DNA of 64,000 bases, taken from the NCBI GenBank assembly GCA_963761335.1, contig CAVXGR010000018.1:800001-864000 (forward strand), written 5' to 3'. The DNA comes from an uncultured delta proteobacterium. Lineage in GTDB: Bacteria > Desulfobacterota > Binatia > HRBIN30 > BPIQ01. The position numbers and the translations under genes were made by a program. Positions within the stretch are counted from its first letter, which is position 1. Every line of letters starts with the position of its first letter. Positions 43,334 through 53,211 of the stretch are shown here, in pieces. The notes beneath the pieces were generated by a model, which saw only the letters and a program-made list of their open reading frames with translations, did no database searches and was not told the origin of the DNA.

Positions 43334-46213
43334 ATGTACAAGCGTGCGCGCCGAGCGGCGTTACTCCTTTTGTCGCTCGTGCTCGTCACGAGTCAGGTGG
43401 CTTCGGCCAGTGTCTACCTCCTGAAAGGCAACGGCGACGGCAGCTTCGCTCCCTTTCCGAACCCGGAGATCGCCACCGGCGGGGGCGGGGGGGCCGCCAT
43501 CGTTGCCGGAGACTTCAACGGCGACCGGCGCCTGGATCTGGCGATATCCAATGCCGACACGGGCAACGTCTCCGTTCTGATCTCGAATGGCGACGGTACC
43601 TTCCAGACGCCCATCATCCTCCCCGCCGGGGATACTCCCGGGGCGCTGGTGGCCGCGGACTTCAACAGCGACGGCTTCGACGACGTGGCGGTGATCAATA
43701 CGAACGCCGACGTGGTCGACAACATCAACGTCTATCTCCGCGACCAGTCGCACAACCGCTTTGTCTCTGCTCCTGGAGACGTGGTCGTGGATGCCGGCCC
43801 GATCGGTCTGGTCGCCGCCGACTTCGACCACGATTCGGGGCGCACCATCGACTTGCTGGCCGCGCAGGGCGCCAGTGGCGGCGTTACCAACATGTTCCTC
43901 AACCTGAACGAGGGCAGCGGATCGTTCATGCCGCCGCCGGGCGGGCAGCCGAATGCCCTCAACCTGGGCACCGAGCAGGAGGCTCTCGCCACCGGCGATC
44001 TGAACGGCGACAACCTTCCCGACGTGGTGGTTTTCCCTGATCCGCCGAGCCAAATCTTCGTCCTGCGCAATACCACCACAGGCGGCACGGTCAGCTTCGG
44101 CAGAAGCAGTCTGAGCCTGTCCAGTGGGGACGACTTTCCGGATCAGGTCGATTACCCCCAAGGGATCGTCCTGGCCGACGTCAACCGCGACAGCAAGCTC
44201 GACTTGGTCATAGCGGATAACTTCGACGACCAGGTACTGATTTTGACCGGCAACGGCAACGCCACGTTCTCTGGGACTCCGATCATGATTCCGACGACCG
44301 GACTCGGTCCCTCGTCGGTGGCGGTTGCCGATTTGCGCAGCTCAAACGACATCGTGGTGACCAATCAGGACGACGATACGGTGACGGTGCTGTTGCAGGG
44401 GAACGACAACGGCAGCTTTCCCGACACGCAGACCTACGACGTCAACGGCGAGCCGATCGGCGTCGCCGTGCTCGACCTCGACGGCGACGGCAAGCTCGAC
44501 CTGGCGGTGCTGAGCCCTTTCGAGCAAGGCGTCGTTGCCACCGTCACGCCGACCTTCACGCCGGCTCCCAACGTACCCTCGGCGACGCCGACGACCCCGG
44601 CGCCGACCAACACCCCAACCATCACCTCGACCGCGACCTCCACCCCGACTCCGGTGCCGACCGCGGCGCTGGGGCTGTGCAACCTCCGCCTTCCGGGCCC
44701 GGGTCTGCCGACGGCCACTGCCGGTCCATTGACCTCGCAGCCGGATGGGGTGACCAGCGGCGACTTCGACGGCGACGCCCACATGGATATCGCCGTCAGC
44801 GACGCCCTCAATAACCGGATCCTGATCTTCTCGCAGTTTGGTGTCCTCCCCAACAGCGGCGCCTTGACGGCGCGGGCGGTGCGCAATGCGCCGCTGGCAG
44901 TGAACCCGTGCGAACCCGGTCCGCCCGACTTCCCGCAGATCCAAGTGTCCGCCGATGTTACGGAAGTGACCGGCGCCGGACTCTCCAATCCGGGCGCGCT
45001 GGTGGCCGCGGACCTGAATCGCGATGGGCGACTCGATCTCGCCGTGGCGGTCGACGGAGGCGTGGCTCTATTGTTCGGAAGCGCCCAGGGTGGCTTCGAG
45101 GCGCCGCTTCTGGTGAGCACCAGTGGCTCGGATCGACCGCGGGCGCTGATCGCCGAGGATTTGAACGGCGACACGTACCCCGACCTGGTCCTGGCCAACG
45201 GGCAGACGTCCCTGTCGCTCTTCTGCAGCGCCGGCCATTCCTCCACTGCCGCCAGCAACCTCTTTCCCACCGAGCGGCAGGTGGTCATCAGCCGGCGGGC
45301 CGACGCTCTGGTCGCGGCTCACTTCGACCAGGATGGAAAGATCGACCTGGGAACGGGGAACGAGGACGTCCCTGACGTGACCATTCTCCTGCAGGACGGT
45401 GTGGCCCAGGCGGACGGCTGTCCGGGGTTCCAGCCGCGCAGCTTTGCCCGCCGCTCGTTCCCGGTGTCGGCCCTGGTTGCCGGTGACTTCGACAGCAACG
45501 GCATCTCGGATTTCGCGCTGACGCGTCCCGGTACGGTGGACGGCACCGCGGAGCTCTGGATCGGCAGCACTCTCGGCTCGGGGGCACCCGACTTCAGCTT
45601 CTCCGACAGCCTGAGCGTGCAAGCGGCGCCGAGTGCGGCCGGTACGGCCGACTTCGACCGCGACGGCCGACTGGACCTGGTCGTCGCCAACAGTGGCTCC
45701 GACAGTCTGAGCTTTGCCTTCGGCGCCAGCGGCGGGGGCCTCTTCGCGTCGAACTCGGTGGCCGTCGGCAAGTCGCCGGTTGCCCTCAACGTCGTCGATA
45801 TCGACCGGGACGGCAAGCCGGACGTGATCACGGCCAATCCGGGCGATGGCACGATATCGATTCTGCTCAGCAGCCGTCCACCTCCAACGCCGACACCCAC
45901 ACAGACATCGACACCGACGGTCACGCCCACGGCGACCATGACCGGGACCGATACTCCGACCGGTACCTGGACGCCGACCGAGACGGCCACCGTCACCCCC
46001 ACCGCCACTCGCACCCGGCGGGAGACAGTGACGCCCGTTCCGCCGACGGCGACCCCGACAAAGATGCGCCCCTTCGATCTGGCGCCGGGCTGCGCCATCG
46101 GCCATGGAGGCTCGGCCGGCTGGGCGTGGCTGCTGTTCCCCGCTTTGCTGTGGCTGGCGCGGGGGCGCCGCCGGAGAGCGGCCACCGCGGACCGCTCGAA
46201 GATTTGGCAATGA
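43334..46213 (+). CDS. FG-GAP/VCBS repeat surface protein (two propeller blocks) with Pro/Thr stalk and MYXO-CTERM-like tail
   Basis: Many D-[FL]-[ND]-x-DG-x2-D-[LIV] motifs; C-terminus PGCAIGHGGSAGWAWLLFPALLWLARGRRRR. Confidence 0.85.
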   Translation: MYKRARRAALLLLSLVLVTSQVASASVYLLKGNGDGSFAPFPNPEIATGGGGGAAIVAGDFNGDRRLDLAISNADTGNVSVLISNGDGTFQTPIILPAGDTPGALVAADFNSDGFDDVAVINTNADVVDNINVYLRDQSHNRFVSAPGDVVVDAGPIGLVAADFDHDSGRTIDLLAAQGASGGVTNMFLNLNEGSGSFMPPPGGQPNALNLGTEQEALATGDLNGDNLPDVVVFPDPPSQIFVLRNTTTGGTVSFGRSSLSLSSGDDFPDQVDYPQGIVLADVNRDSKLDLVIADNFDDQVLILTGNGNATFSGTPIMIPTTGLGPSSVAVADLRSSNDIVVTNQDDDTVTVLLQGNDNGSFPDTQTYDVNGEPIGVAVLDLDGDGKLDLAVLSPFEQGVVATVTPTFTPAPNVPSATPTTPAPTNTPTITSTATSTPTPVPTAALGLCNLRLPGPGLPTATAGPLTSQPDGVTSGDFDGDAHMDIAVSDALNNRILIFSQFGVLPNSGALTARAVRNAPLAVNPCEPGPPDFPQIQVSADVTEVTGAGLSNPGALVAADLNRDGRLDLAVAVDGGVALLFGSAQGGFEAPLLVSTSGSDRPRALIAEDLNGDTYPDLVLANGQTSLSLFCSAGHSSTAASNLFPTERQVVISRRADALVAAHFDQDGKIDLGTGNEDVPDVTILLQDGVAQADGCPGFQPRSFARRSFPVSALVAGDFDSNGISDFALTRPGTVDGTAELWIGSTLGSGAPDFSFSDSLSVQAAPSAAGTADFDRDGRLDLVVANSGSDSLSFAFGASGGGLFASNSVAVGKSPVALNVVDIDRDGKPDVITANPGDGTISILLSSRPPPTPTPTQTSTPTVTPTATMTGTDTPTGTWTPTETATVTPTATRTRRETVTPVPPTATPTKMRPFDLAPGCAIGHGGSAGWAWLLFPALLWLARGRRRRAATADRSKIWQ

Positions 46214-47739
46214 GCTCCAATAGCTGGAAAGAGAAGATGCCGATGCGCGGGTCGCGGCTGAGCGTCCTTGCGATGCTCGTCCTCATGGTCGCCGTATCGC
46301 CGGCAGGCGCGCAGCTGCCCGCGTATGGTCGTTGCGACATCTCCGTCGGGGGAAACCGCGATCTGGTGGCTGGGACGTCAGGCCTGTTCAACCAGGACTC
46401 CGTTCCGGATTTCGCGCTCGCCGACAATGCCGGTGGGCTCGTGGTGCTGAATTCCACCGCCAACGCGCTCGACGATCTCACCCAGAAGAATTGCACCGAC
46501 GCCTACGGGCCGCCGCAGGATCTCAGCGTCGCGAGCCGCCCGCTGGCGGTAACCTCCGGCCAGATCGACGGCGACGGTGCCGTCGACCTCGCGGCGGCCA
46601 CCCTCGAGACCGTCAGCCTCCTCTACGGAGATCGATCCGGAGGATTCGGTTCTCTGCAGAATCTCGCCAACTTGCAGCTGAGCAGCCCGAGCGATGTGGC
46701 CATTGCCGATCTGAACAAAGACGGACGTTCCGATCTCATCGTCGGCGACAGCGCCAACCAGTCCGTCGTCATCTTTCTTGGCCAATCGACGTCGCGCACC
46801 TTTGCTTTCTCGCAGCGGCTCATCGTCGGCCAGCCGGTGGTCAGCATCGCGGTCGCCGACTTCGACCAGGACGGCCTGCTGGACGTCGCCGCGCTCGACG
46901 ATCAGGCCGGCAATGTGACCCTGTTCTATCAGAGCTCGCTGACTCCCGGACAGTTCCCGACCCAGCCGAGCAATACCGTTGCGGTTGGAGGTGCGCCGCT
47001 CGCCATGGTGGCGGCGGTGCGGGATTTAAGCGCCGTGCCGCCGCAACCGGACTTCAATGGGGATCAGCTTCCGGATCTGGCGATTGCGACCTCGAACGGG
47101 GTGGCGGTCGTTATCAACGCCGGTGGGACGCCCACCGTCCTGCGGCGGCCGGTCACTGGGCTGACCCCGGCGGCGATTGCCGTTGCGGATCTCGACCAGG
47201 ACGGGAATCTCGATGTGGTGATCGCCGATGCCGGTGCCAGCGAAGCTCATTTCTTCGTCGGCCACGGCGACGGAACACTGACCGATGCGGGGGGCATCGA
47301 GACCGGCTCGGGGCCGACCGACGTCTTCCTGCCCGATCTCGACGGCGATGGACTTCCCGACGTGGTCACGGTCAACAATGCGGCCGGGAATGTCTCCCTG
47401 CTGTTGAGCTCCAGTGTGCCGACGCGCACGCCGACCTTGACGTCGTCGCCGACGGAAACCCCGACCGAAACGCCGACGGAAACCCCGACCGCAACGCCCA
47501 CCGAGACGCCGACGCAAACCCCCACCGCGACGCCGACGGAGACCCAGACGTTCACGCCGACCCAGACGCCGACGGCGACGGGGATCGCTCCGACCAATAC
47601 TCCGGGGCTCTTCGGAATTCAGGGTCCCTCGTGCGCGGTGCGCGCGGGTGCTCCGGTGAGCGCCGCCGACCTCGTCTGGTTGGTTCCATTGGCGGCGTAC
47701 GCCCTCGTGCGTCGCCGCAGGAGATCGCAGGTCGGATAG
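46210..47739 (+). CDS. FG-GAP/VCBS repeat surface protein with TPTE stalk and MYXO-CTERM-like tail
   Basis: ATGA overlap with the upstream stop (start could be 46237/46243); FG-GAP motifs; GPSCAVRAG...[18 protein letters not shown]. Confidence 0.85.
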   Translation: MSSNSWKEKMPMRGSRLSVLAMLVLMVAVSPAGAQLPAYGRCDISVGGNRDLVAGTSGLFNQDSVPDFALADNAGGLVVLNSTANALDDLTQKNCTDAYGPPQDLSVASRPLAVTSGQIDGDGAVDLAAATLETVSLLYGDRSGGFGSLQNLANLQLSSPSDVAIADLNKDGRSDLIVGDSANQSVVIFLGQSTSRTFAFSQRLIVGQPVVSIAVADFDQDGLLDVAALDDQAGNVTLFYQSSLTPGQFPTQPSNTVAVGGAPLAMVAAVRDLSAVPPQPDFNGDQLPDLAIATSNGVAVVINAGGTPTVLRRPVTGLTPAAIAVADLDQDGNLDVVIADAGASEAHFFVGHGDGTLTDAGGIETGSGPTDVFLPDLDGDGLPDVVTVNNAAGNVSLLLSSSVPTRTPTLTSSPTETPTETPTETPTATPTETPTQTPTATPTETQTFTPTQTPTATGIAPTNTPGLFGIQGPSCAVRAGAPVSAADLVWLVPLAAYALVRRRRRSQVG

Positions 47740-47745
47740 GGCGCC

Positions 47746-49140
47746 TTGACCGGGATTACCGCATACGGGTTCTACATCCCTCGTTTTCGCCTGGAGCGCG
47801 CCGAGATCGCTCGGGCTTGGGGCGGCCGGCAGCCGGCCGGCTCGATTGCGGTCGCCAACTACGATGAAGACGCGTTGACCCTGGGCGCGGAGGCGGCGGC
47901 GGACTGCCTGGGGCGATTCGGCTGCCACCCGGACAGCCTGCTCTTCGCCAGCACCACTTCTCCATACGCCGAGAAGCAGGTCGCCAGCTATATCGCCACC
48001 GTCTGCGATCTGCCCCGGCGCCTGTGGACGGCGGACTTCTGCGGCTCGGTGCGCGGCGGCCTCACGGCGCTGATGGCGGCCGGGCACGCCGTATCCTCGG
48101 GAGCGCGCCGCGAGGTGATGGTGACCGCCGCGGACATGCGCCTCGGCGAGCCGCAGGGCGAGCTCGAGGGGTGGTTTGGCGATGCTGCCGCGGCGGTGTG
48201 CATCGGCACCCAGGGTGTGCTCGCGGAGCTCGTCGACCAGGAGAGCGTCGCCGAGGAGTTCACCCATTTCTGGCGCCTGGATCAGGGCCGCTTCGTGCAG
48301 GCGTTCTCTGGGAAATTCTCCAACACCTACGGCTATGTCCGCGATCTCGGGGAGGCCGTAGGGGCGCTGCTGGAGAGGCGCGCCCTGAAGCCCGGAGATA
48401 TCTCCTACCTGGCGGTGGCGTCGCCCGACGGTCGCGCCTCTGCCGACCTCGCAAAGGCCCTGGGCTTCGAGCCGAAGCGCCAGCTGCGCAACCCGCCGCA
48501 CCCGTCCATCGGCAGCGCCGGGGTCGCCGACCCACTCCTGGCCTTGATCGCTGTTCTGGAAGAGGCCAAGCCCGGAGAGCTCATCGTCGCCGGCGGCTAC
48601 GGTGAGGGCGCCGACGCCGTTCTGATCCGCGTCACTGCCGATGGCTCTGGCCGGGGCATGTCGCTGAAACGCCACCTCGACGGCGGCACCAGGCTGCCGA
48701 GCTATGAGAAGTATCTGAAGTACCGCCGCATTGTGCCGACCGAGGAGACCGGTGAGGCGATCAACAACGTGCTCGAGTACAAGGAGCTGAAGCAGGACGT
48801 CCGCCTTTACGGCAGCCGTTGCGGCAGCTGCGGCACGGTCCAGTATCCGATCGCCCGCGTCTGCATCAAGTGCAGAGCCCGCGATGGCCTCACTGCCCAC
48901 AGATTGTCGCGGCGCGGCCAGGTTTTCACCTTCACGGTCGATCATCTCATCGCCAATGCCGAGCACCCTCTGCCGATGGTGGTGTTGGATCTCGAGGGAG
49001 GCGGCCGGCTCTACCTGCAGGCGACCGACGCCGAGGACGCCGAGGTTCAAGTGGGCCAGCAGATGATGCTGACGTTCCGCCATCTGCACGAGGGCGGTGG
49101 CAACCACAACTACTATTGGAAGGCCCGGCCGGAGCGCTGA
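47746..49140 (+). CDS. HMG-CoA-synthase-like domain fused to DUF35 Zn-ribbon/OB-fold
   Basis: GITAYG.YIP..RL, DEDALTL, GDAAAA, GYGEGAD; C-terminal GSRCGSCG...YP...C..C and YYWKA. Confidence 0.85.
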   Translation: MTGITAYGFYIPRFRLERAEIARAWGGRQPAGSIAVANYDEDALTLGAEAAADCLGRFGCHPDSLLFASTTSPYAEKQVASYIATVCDLPRRLWTADFCGSVRGGLTALMAAGHAVSSGARREVMVTAADMRLGEPQGELEGWFGDAAAAVCIGTQGVLAELVDQESVAEEFTHFWRLDQGRFVQAFSGKFSNTYGYVRDLGEAVGALLERRALKPGDISYLAVASPDGRASADLAKALGFEPKRQLRNPPHPSIGSAGVADPLLALIAVLEEAKPGELIVAGGYGEGADAVLIRVTADGSGRGMSLKRHLDGGTRLPSYEKYLKYRRIVPTEETGEAINNVLEYKELKQDVRLYGSRCGSCGTVQYPIARVCIKCRARDGLTAHRLSRRGQVFTFTVDHLIANAEHPLPMVVLDLEGGGRLYLQATDAEDAEVQVGQQMMLTFRHLHEGGGNHNYYWKARPER

Positions 49141-49156
49141 CCGCAGGAGGACTGGG

Positions 49157-50299
49157 ATGAAGGACCAGGTCGCCGTGATCGGCGTCGGCTGCACCAAGTT
49201 CGGAGATTTGTTCGACAAGAGCTACGAGGAGCTGATTTGCGACGCCGCCTTCGAGGCCTATGCCGACGCCGGCATCGAGCCGGAGCGAATCGACGCGGCC
49301 TACCTGGGCACGTACCTGCCGGGTCCCAACGGCGGCAAGGCGGCGGTGTCGCTCGGTGATGCACTGCGCCTGTACGATCGGCCGATCACGCGGGTCGAGA
49401 ACTATTGCGCCACCGGGACCGACGCCTTCCGCAACGGCTGTATGGCCATCGCCTCGGGAACCTGTGACGTCGTCCTCGTCCTCGGTGCCGAGAAGCTCAA
49501 GGATCGCGGCGGGCGCGGCCTGCCGCGCCTCGGCCATCCCCTGCTCGCCAAGGGCAACTCTGCGCCGGGGCTCTTTGCGCTGGCGGCCAACCGCTACATG
49601 CACACCTTTGGCATGGGACGGGAGACGCTCGCTGCAGTCGCCGTGAAGAACCACCGCAACGGCGCCAGGAATTGGCGCGCTCATCTGCGTATGGAGGTCA
49701 CCGCCGAGCAGGTCCTGAAGGCACCCATGATCGCCTGGCCATTCGGGCTCTTCGACTGCTGCCCGACCACGGACGGCGCCGCCGCGGCGATTCTCTGTCG
49801 CGCCGACCTGGCGCGCCAGCTGGGCCGAGAGCCGGTGCTGGTGAAGGGATTCGGGCTGGCGGTGACCACGGGCCGCCCGTACTTCGATCCCACCTTCGAC
49901 TATCTGGGCTTTCGCTCGACACAGCAGGCCGCAGCGCAGGCGTATCGGATGGCGGGAGTGACGCCCGCGGACATCAGCTTTGCCGAGGTCCACGACTGCT
50001 TCACCTGGACCGAGATCAGCAACACGGAAGACCTGGGCTTCTGCGCCAAGGGGCAGGGAGGCAAGCTCGTCGAGGAGGGGCGCACGGCGCTGGAAGGGGA
50101 CATTCCCATCAACCCAAGCGGCGGCCTGAAATCGTTCGGCCATCCGATCGGCGCCAGCGGCGTTCGCATGATCTTCGAGTGCGTCGAGCAGCTGCGGGGG
50201 CGCTGTGAGGAACGGCAGGTAAAGGGCGCCAAGCTGGGGCTGGCGCACAACGTCGGCGGCCCCGGCGCCGTATCCTGTGTCGTGATCCTGGGCAACTGA
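49157..50299 (+). CDS. Thiolase (SCP2/acetyl-CoA acetyltransferase type)
   Basis: AGGAGG RBS; VENYCATG, DCCPTTDGAAA, AEVHDCF, NPSGGLKSFGHPIGASG, HNVGG. Confidence 0.9.
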   Translation: MKDQVAVIGVGCTKFGDLFDKSYEELICDAAFEAYADAGIEPERIDAAYLGTYLPGPNGGKAAVSLGDALRLYDRPITRVENYCATGTDAFRNGCMAIASGTCDVVLVLGAEKLKDRGGRGLPRLGHPLLAKGNSAPGLFALAANRYMHTFGMGRETLAAVAVKNHRNGARNWRAHLRMEVTAEQVLKAPMIAWPFGLFDCCPTTDGAAAAILCRADLARQLGREPVLVKGFGLAVTTGRPYFDPTFDYLGFRSTQQAAAQAYRMAGVTPADISFAEVHDCFTWTEISNTEDLGFCAKGQGGKLVEEGRTALEGDIPINPSGGLKSFGHPIGASGVRMIFECVEQLRGRCEERQVKGAKLGLAHNVGGPGAVSCVVILGN

Positions 50300-50349
50300 C
50301 GCAAGGCGCAACAGGCGACCCCTGCCTGTCTCATTTCACCGCAGCCAGC

Positions 50350-50446
50350 TGTTTCGTTTCGCACATCCGCAGCTGCGGCAAAGCCCGCTTGGGAGGGCGT
50401 AAGCGGAGCAGCTTCCGCATCAGGGCTTGGTGGCATAGCTCCTGCT
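50350..50446 (+). promoter_or_regulatory. Sigma54 promoter with upstream enhancer-like site
   Basis: TGGCAT-AGCTC-CTGCT at 50431-50446 (GG-N10-GC); TGT-N10-ACA at 50350-50365. Confidence 0.55.
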
Positions 50447-50492
50447 TCCCGGCTTGTGCGTTTCCCCTGAAGCGGTAAGGAGAGGAGTGCCA

Positions 50493-50978
50493 ATGGAGGC
50501 TGCTGAGCGCCTGAGTAGCTGGACAAGCAACGACGTGTCGGCGGAACGTCACGTTCCGAGGTTGGTCGAGCCCGAGGTGCTGCTACCCTCGCAGTACTTC
50601 GAGTTGCTGACCGGACACAGCATTCTCGAGGGGGAGAAGCGCCTCATGCTGGCCATTCTCGAGGATGCGGTTTCGTGCTTTCAGAAGTACGAGAGCGCCG
50701 ATCGCGGTCGCAACAAGCGCCTTTTCGAAGAGGCGGCCGAGTGGATCTTCGAGGACGAGGGCGGCTGGGTGTTTTCCTTCGAGTCGGTCTGCGATGCGCT
50801 GGGCATTGATTCGCATTTCCTGCGCAACGGCCTGCAGCGTTGGAGAGAACATCGCGGCGACGACGCGAAATCGGTCGCCAAGTTTTCCCGCGTGCGCCTG
50901 CGCGCCGCCCGCCGGCACAAGATCCTCCCCTTCCGCGAGCGCCGCCGCCGGCCGAGCGGCGCCCCCGCGGTGGCCTGA
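50493..50978 (+). CDS. Small helical hypothetical protein with basic C-terminus
   Basis: GAGGAG RBS; LLPSQYF...GEKRLMLAILEDAV...EWIF...FSFESVCDALGID...LR.GL; no recognised domain. Confidence 0.75.
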   Translation: MEAAERLSSWTSNDVSAERHVPRLVEPEVLLPSQYFELLTGHSILEGEKRLMLAILEDAVSCFQKYESADRGRNKRLFEEAAEWIFEDEGGWVFSFESVCDALGIDSHFLRNGLQRWREHRGDDAKSVAKFSRVRLRAARRHKILPFRERRRRPSGAPAVA

Positions 50979-51090
50979 GACGTCGCCAATTTGCCGCCGC
51001 CACTGGCAATTTGCGTCAACGGTGACGGCGGCTAATCGCTTTTCGCGGCGCGCCAGGAGCATCTCATCTGGCGCGTGACCTGTGCCGTCG

Positions 51091-51106
51091 TGGCACCGGC
51101 TTTGCT
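51091..51106 (+). promoter_or_regulatory. Consensus sigma54 (-24/-12) promoter
   Basis: TGGCAC-CGGCT-TTGCT matches TGGCAC-N5-TTGCW, about 30-40 nt before the kinase start. Confidence 0.75.
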
Positions 51107-51135
51107 GCCCCGATGTCATCAAGACAAGTGCGACG

Positions 51136-52803
51136 ATGGGGCACCGCATGCGATATGCGCCGGCCACCGCGGCTGAAGCTGGCTTCGATGCCAAGCGCAC
51201 AGTTATTCTCTTGCGCTCAGCTGTGGTCGTTTCGACCAGCTACCTGATCCTCTTTGCCGAGCCGCAAACCACTCCTTCGGGGGTGGCCTACATCCTCACT
51301 CTGCTGCTGAGCAACGTGGCGCTGGCATGTCTGCCGCGCGAGTTGTTCCACAAGCCCCACTTTGCCGCCGCGCTCCTGCTCGGCGACACCGCCGCGGTTC
51401 TCGTGGGGCTCTACCACACCGTCGGCTTTTCCCAGGACTTCCTCATCGTCTATTTCTTCACGATCTTTCTCACCACGGCTGCCGCGAACCTCGTGCAGAT
51501 CGCCACAGGAGCGACCCTCGTAGCAGGGCTGTACGGTTACTGGCTGTGGATGAGCTCTCCTCACGGCCTCACCTCTGGGGAATGGCTGCGCCTGCCGTTC
51601 TTCTTCATCATCGCCGTCTTCTACGCGTACGTCACCGAGGAGACCAAGCGGGAGCGCCGGCGCCGCGTTCACGCTGAGGCCGAGAGCGAGCAGTTGCGCT
51701 TTCTCCTCAGCCTCGGGAATACATTCTCGCAGCGAGTCGCAAATCGCGAGCTTGTCGGGCAGATCGGTTCTCTGGTGCAGGCCGCCTTTCCGCGGGTGGC
51801 ATGCGAGGTCCATCTCGACAGCCACGCCTGCCGTTCCGGTGGAGAGCTCTGGCTGCCGATTGCTGCTCATGGGCAGACCTTCGGCTGGCTGTCGGCGAAA
51901 AGCCGCGACGGCAAGCGTCTGCGCGCCGAGGAGGAGCAGTGCTGCCGCGTGGTTGCGCTGGCAGCCGGCAATGCCCTCTACACTGCCGAGCAGGTCGCCG
52001 CGGCGCGGGAGGGCGATCGCGTCAAGGAGGAGTTTCTCGGGGTCATGTCCCACGAGCTGCGGACGCCGCTGCACGCCATCCTCGGCTATGCGGAGATGGT
52101 CGACATGATGCTCGAGACCGGCGAGGGCGAATCGGCGCGCGAGAGCCTCGGCCGACTGCGTGCAAATGCCTCCCGCATGCAGGACCTGGTGGAGGAGATG
52201 CTCTGTTTTGCCGAGCTCCGCGCCGGGCAGACCTCGCTGCGAGTCGAGCCCGTCGACCTGTGCGCTCTGTTCGAGCACTTTGCCGCCGGCATGGACAGTC
52301 AGCTGGCGGGTCGTCCCATCCGCTTCGAGTGGAGCGTCGAATCGGGACTTGCAGAAGTGCGTACCGACAAACGCAAGTTGCGGCAGCTGGTCAGCGGTCT
52401 GCTGAGCAACGCCACCAAGTTCACGGAACGCGGCTTCGTCCGCCTATCGGCGCGCCTGGCCGCGGAGGGCATCGTCGAGATCGAGGTGCGCGACTCCGGC
52501 ATCGGCATCGACCCCAAGGACTTCGCTCGTATCTTCGAGAAGTTCCGCCAGCTCGACGGCTCGCTGACGCGGCGCTTCGACGGCATCGGCCTCGGCCTGC
52601 CTCTGGCGCAGGCGCTGGCGCACACGCTCGGCGGCCGCATCGAAGTCGACAGCCGCCCGCGAGAAGGGGCGAGCTTTCGCGTGCGTCTGCCGCGCGACGC
52701 CGGGAGCCCGGCCGGGGTCGGGGCGCTCGAGAAAGCCGCTGTTCCCCGAGGCGTCGACGACGATGAAATTCCAGTCTTCATCCGCCCGCAGGCGGCGGCG
52801 TGA
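51136..52803 (+). CDS. Membrane sensor histidine kinase (HisKA + HATPase_c)
   Basis: About 6 N-terminal TMs; MSHELRTPL (H box), LLSNATKFT (N), DSGIGI (G1), IFEKF (F), GIGLGL (G2). Start 51136 or 51148. Confidence 0.9.
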   Translation: MGHRMRYAPATAAEAGFDAKRTVILLRSAVVVSTSYLILFAEPQTTPSGVAYILTLLLSNVALACLPRELFHKPHFAAALLLGDTAAVLVGLYHTVGFSQDFLIVYFFTIFLTTAAANLVQIATGATLVAGLYGYWLWMSSPHGLTSGEWLRLPFFFIIAVFYAYVTEETKRERRRRVHAEAESEQLRFLLSLGNTFSQRVANRELVGQIGSLVQAAFPRVACEVHLDSHACRSGGELWLPIAAHGQTFGWLSAKSRDGKRLRAEEEQCCRVVALAAGNALYTAEQVAAAREGDRVKEEFLGVMSHELRTPLHAILGYAEMVDMMLETGEGESARESLGRLRANASRMQDLVEEMLCFAELRAGQTSLRVEPVDLCALFEHFAAGMDSQLAGRPIRFEWSVESGLAEVRTDKRKLRQLVSGLLSNATKFTERGFVRLSARLAAEGIVEIEVRDSGIGIDPKDFARIFEKFRQLDGSLTRRFDGIGLGLPLAQALAHTLGGRIEVDSRPREGASFRVRLPRDAGSPAGVGALEKAAVPRGVDDDEIPVFIRPQAAA

Positions 52804-52804
52804 G

Positions 52805-53119
52805 TCAGACCACGAAGCCGGCGAATTTCACGCTCCAGGGGATGAAGGAGAACAGCTCGTAGATACAGGCGAGAAAGACAAGAACCCACGGCACCGCCGG
52901 ATGGCGCCTCTGCCAGAGGAGAAAGACCAGAAGCAGGCAGGCCTTCGCCTTGAAGATCAGGAGCGCCAGCCCGACCCCGAGGTGGGGGAAGATCGACAGC
53001 AGCAGTGGGTTCGCCTCTCCACAGCCCATGCGCAGCCCCTCGTAGGTGGCGATGCCGTCGAACAGCTGTAGCGCCAGGTTGAGAACGAACAGCTGATAGA
53101 CCGTGGTGTGGTCGCGCAT
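52805..53119 (-). CDS. Small membrane protein, DUF5658-like
   Basis: LQLFDGIATY.GL..G..EANPLL...K pattern; 3 TMs. Confidence 0.65.
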   Translation of the reverse strand: MRDHTTVYQLFVLNLALQLFDGIATYEGLRMGCGEANPLLLSIFPHLGVGLALLIFKAKACLLLVFLLWQRRHPAVPWVLVFLACIYELFSFIPWSVKFAGFVV

Positions 53120-53211
53120 GGGCCCAGATCCCCGCTAGCCGACGGGCCGCCGTTTGTCGAGAAAAATGGAGCGCTGGCGGCAGATTTTGAGGTGACGGGC
53201 GGCCGGCGCTG

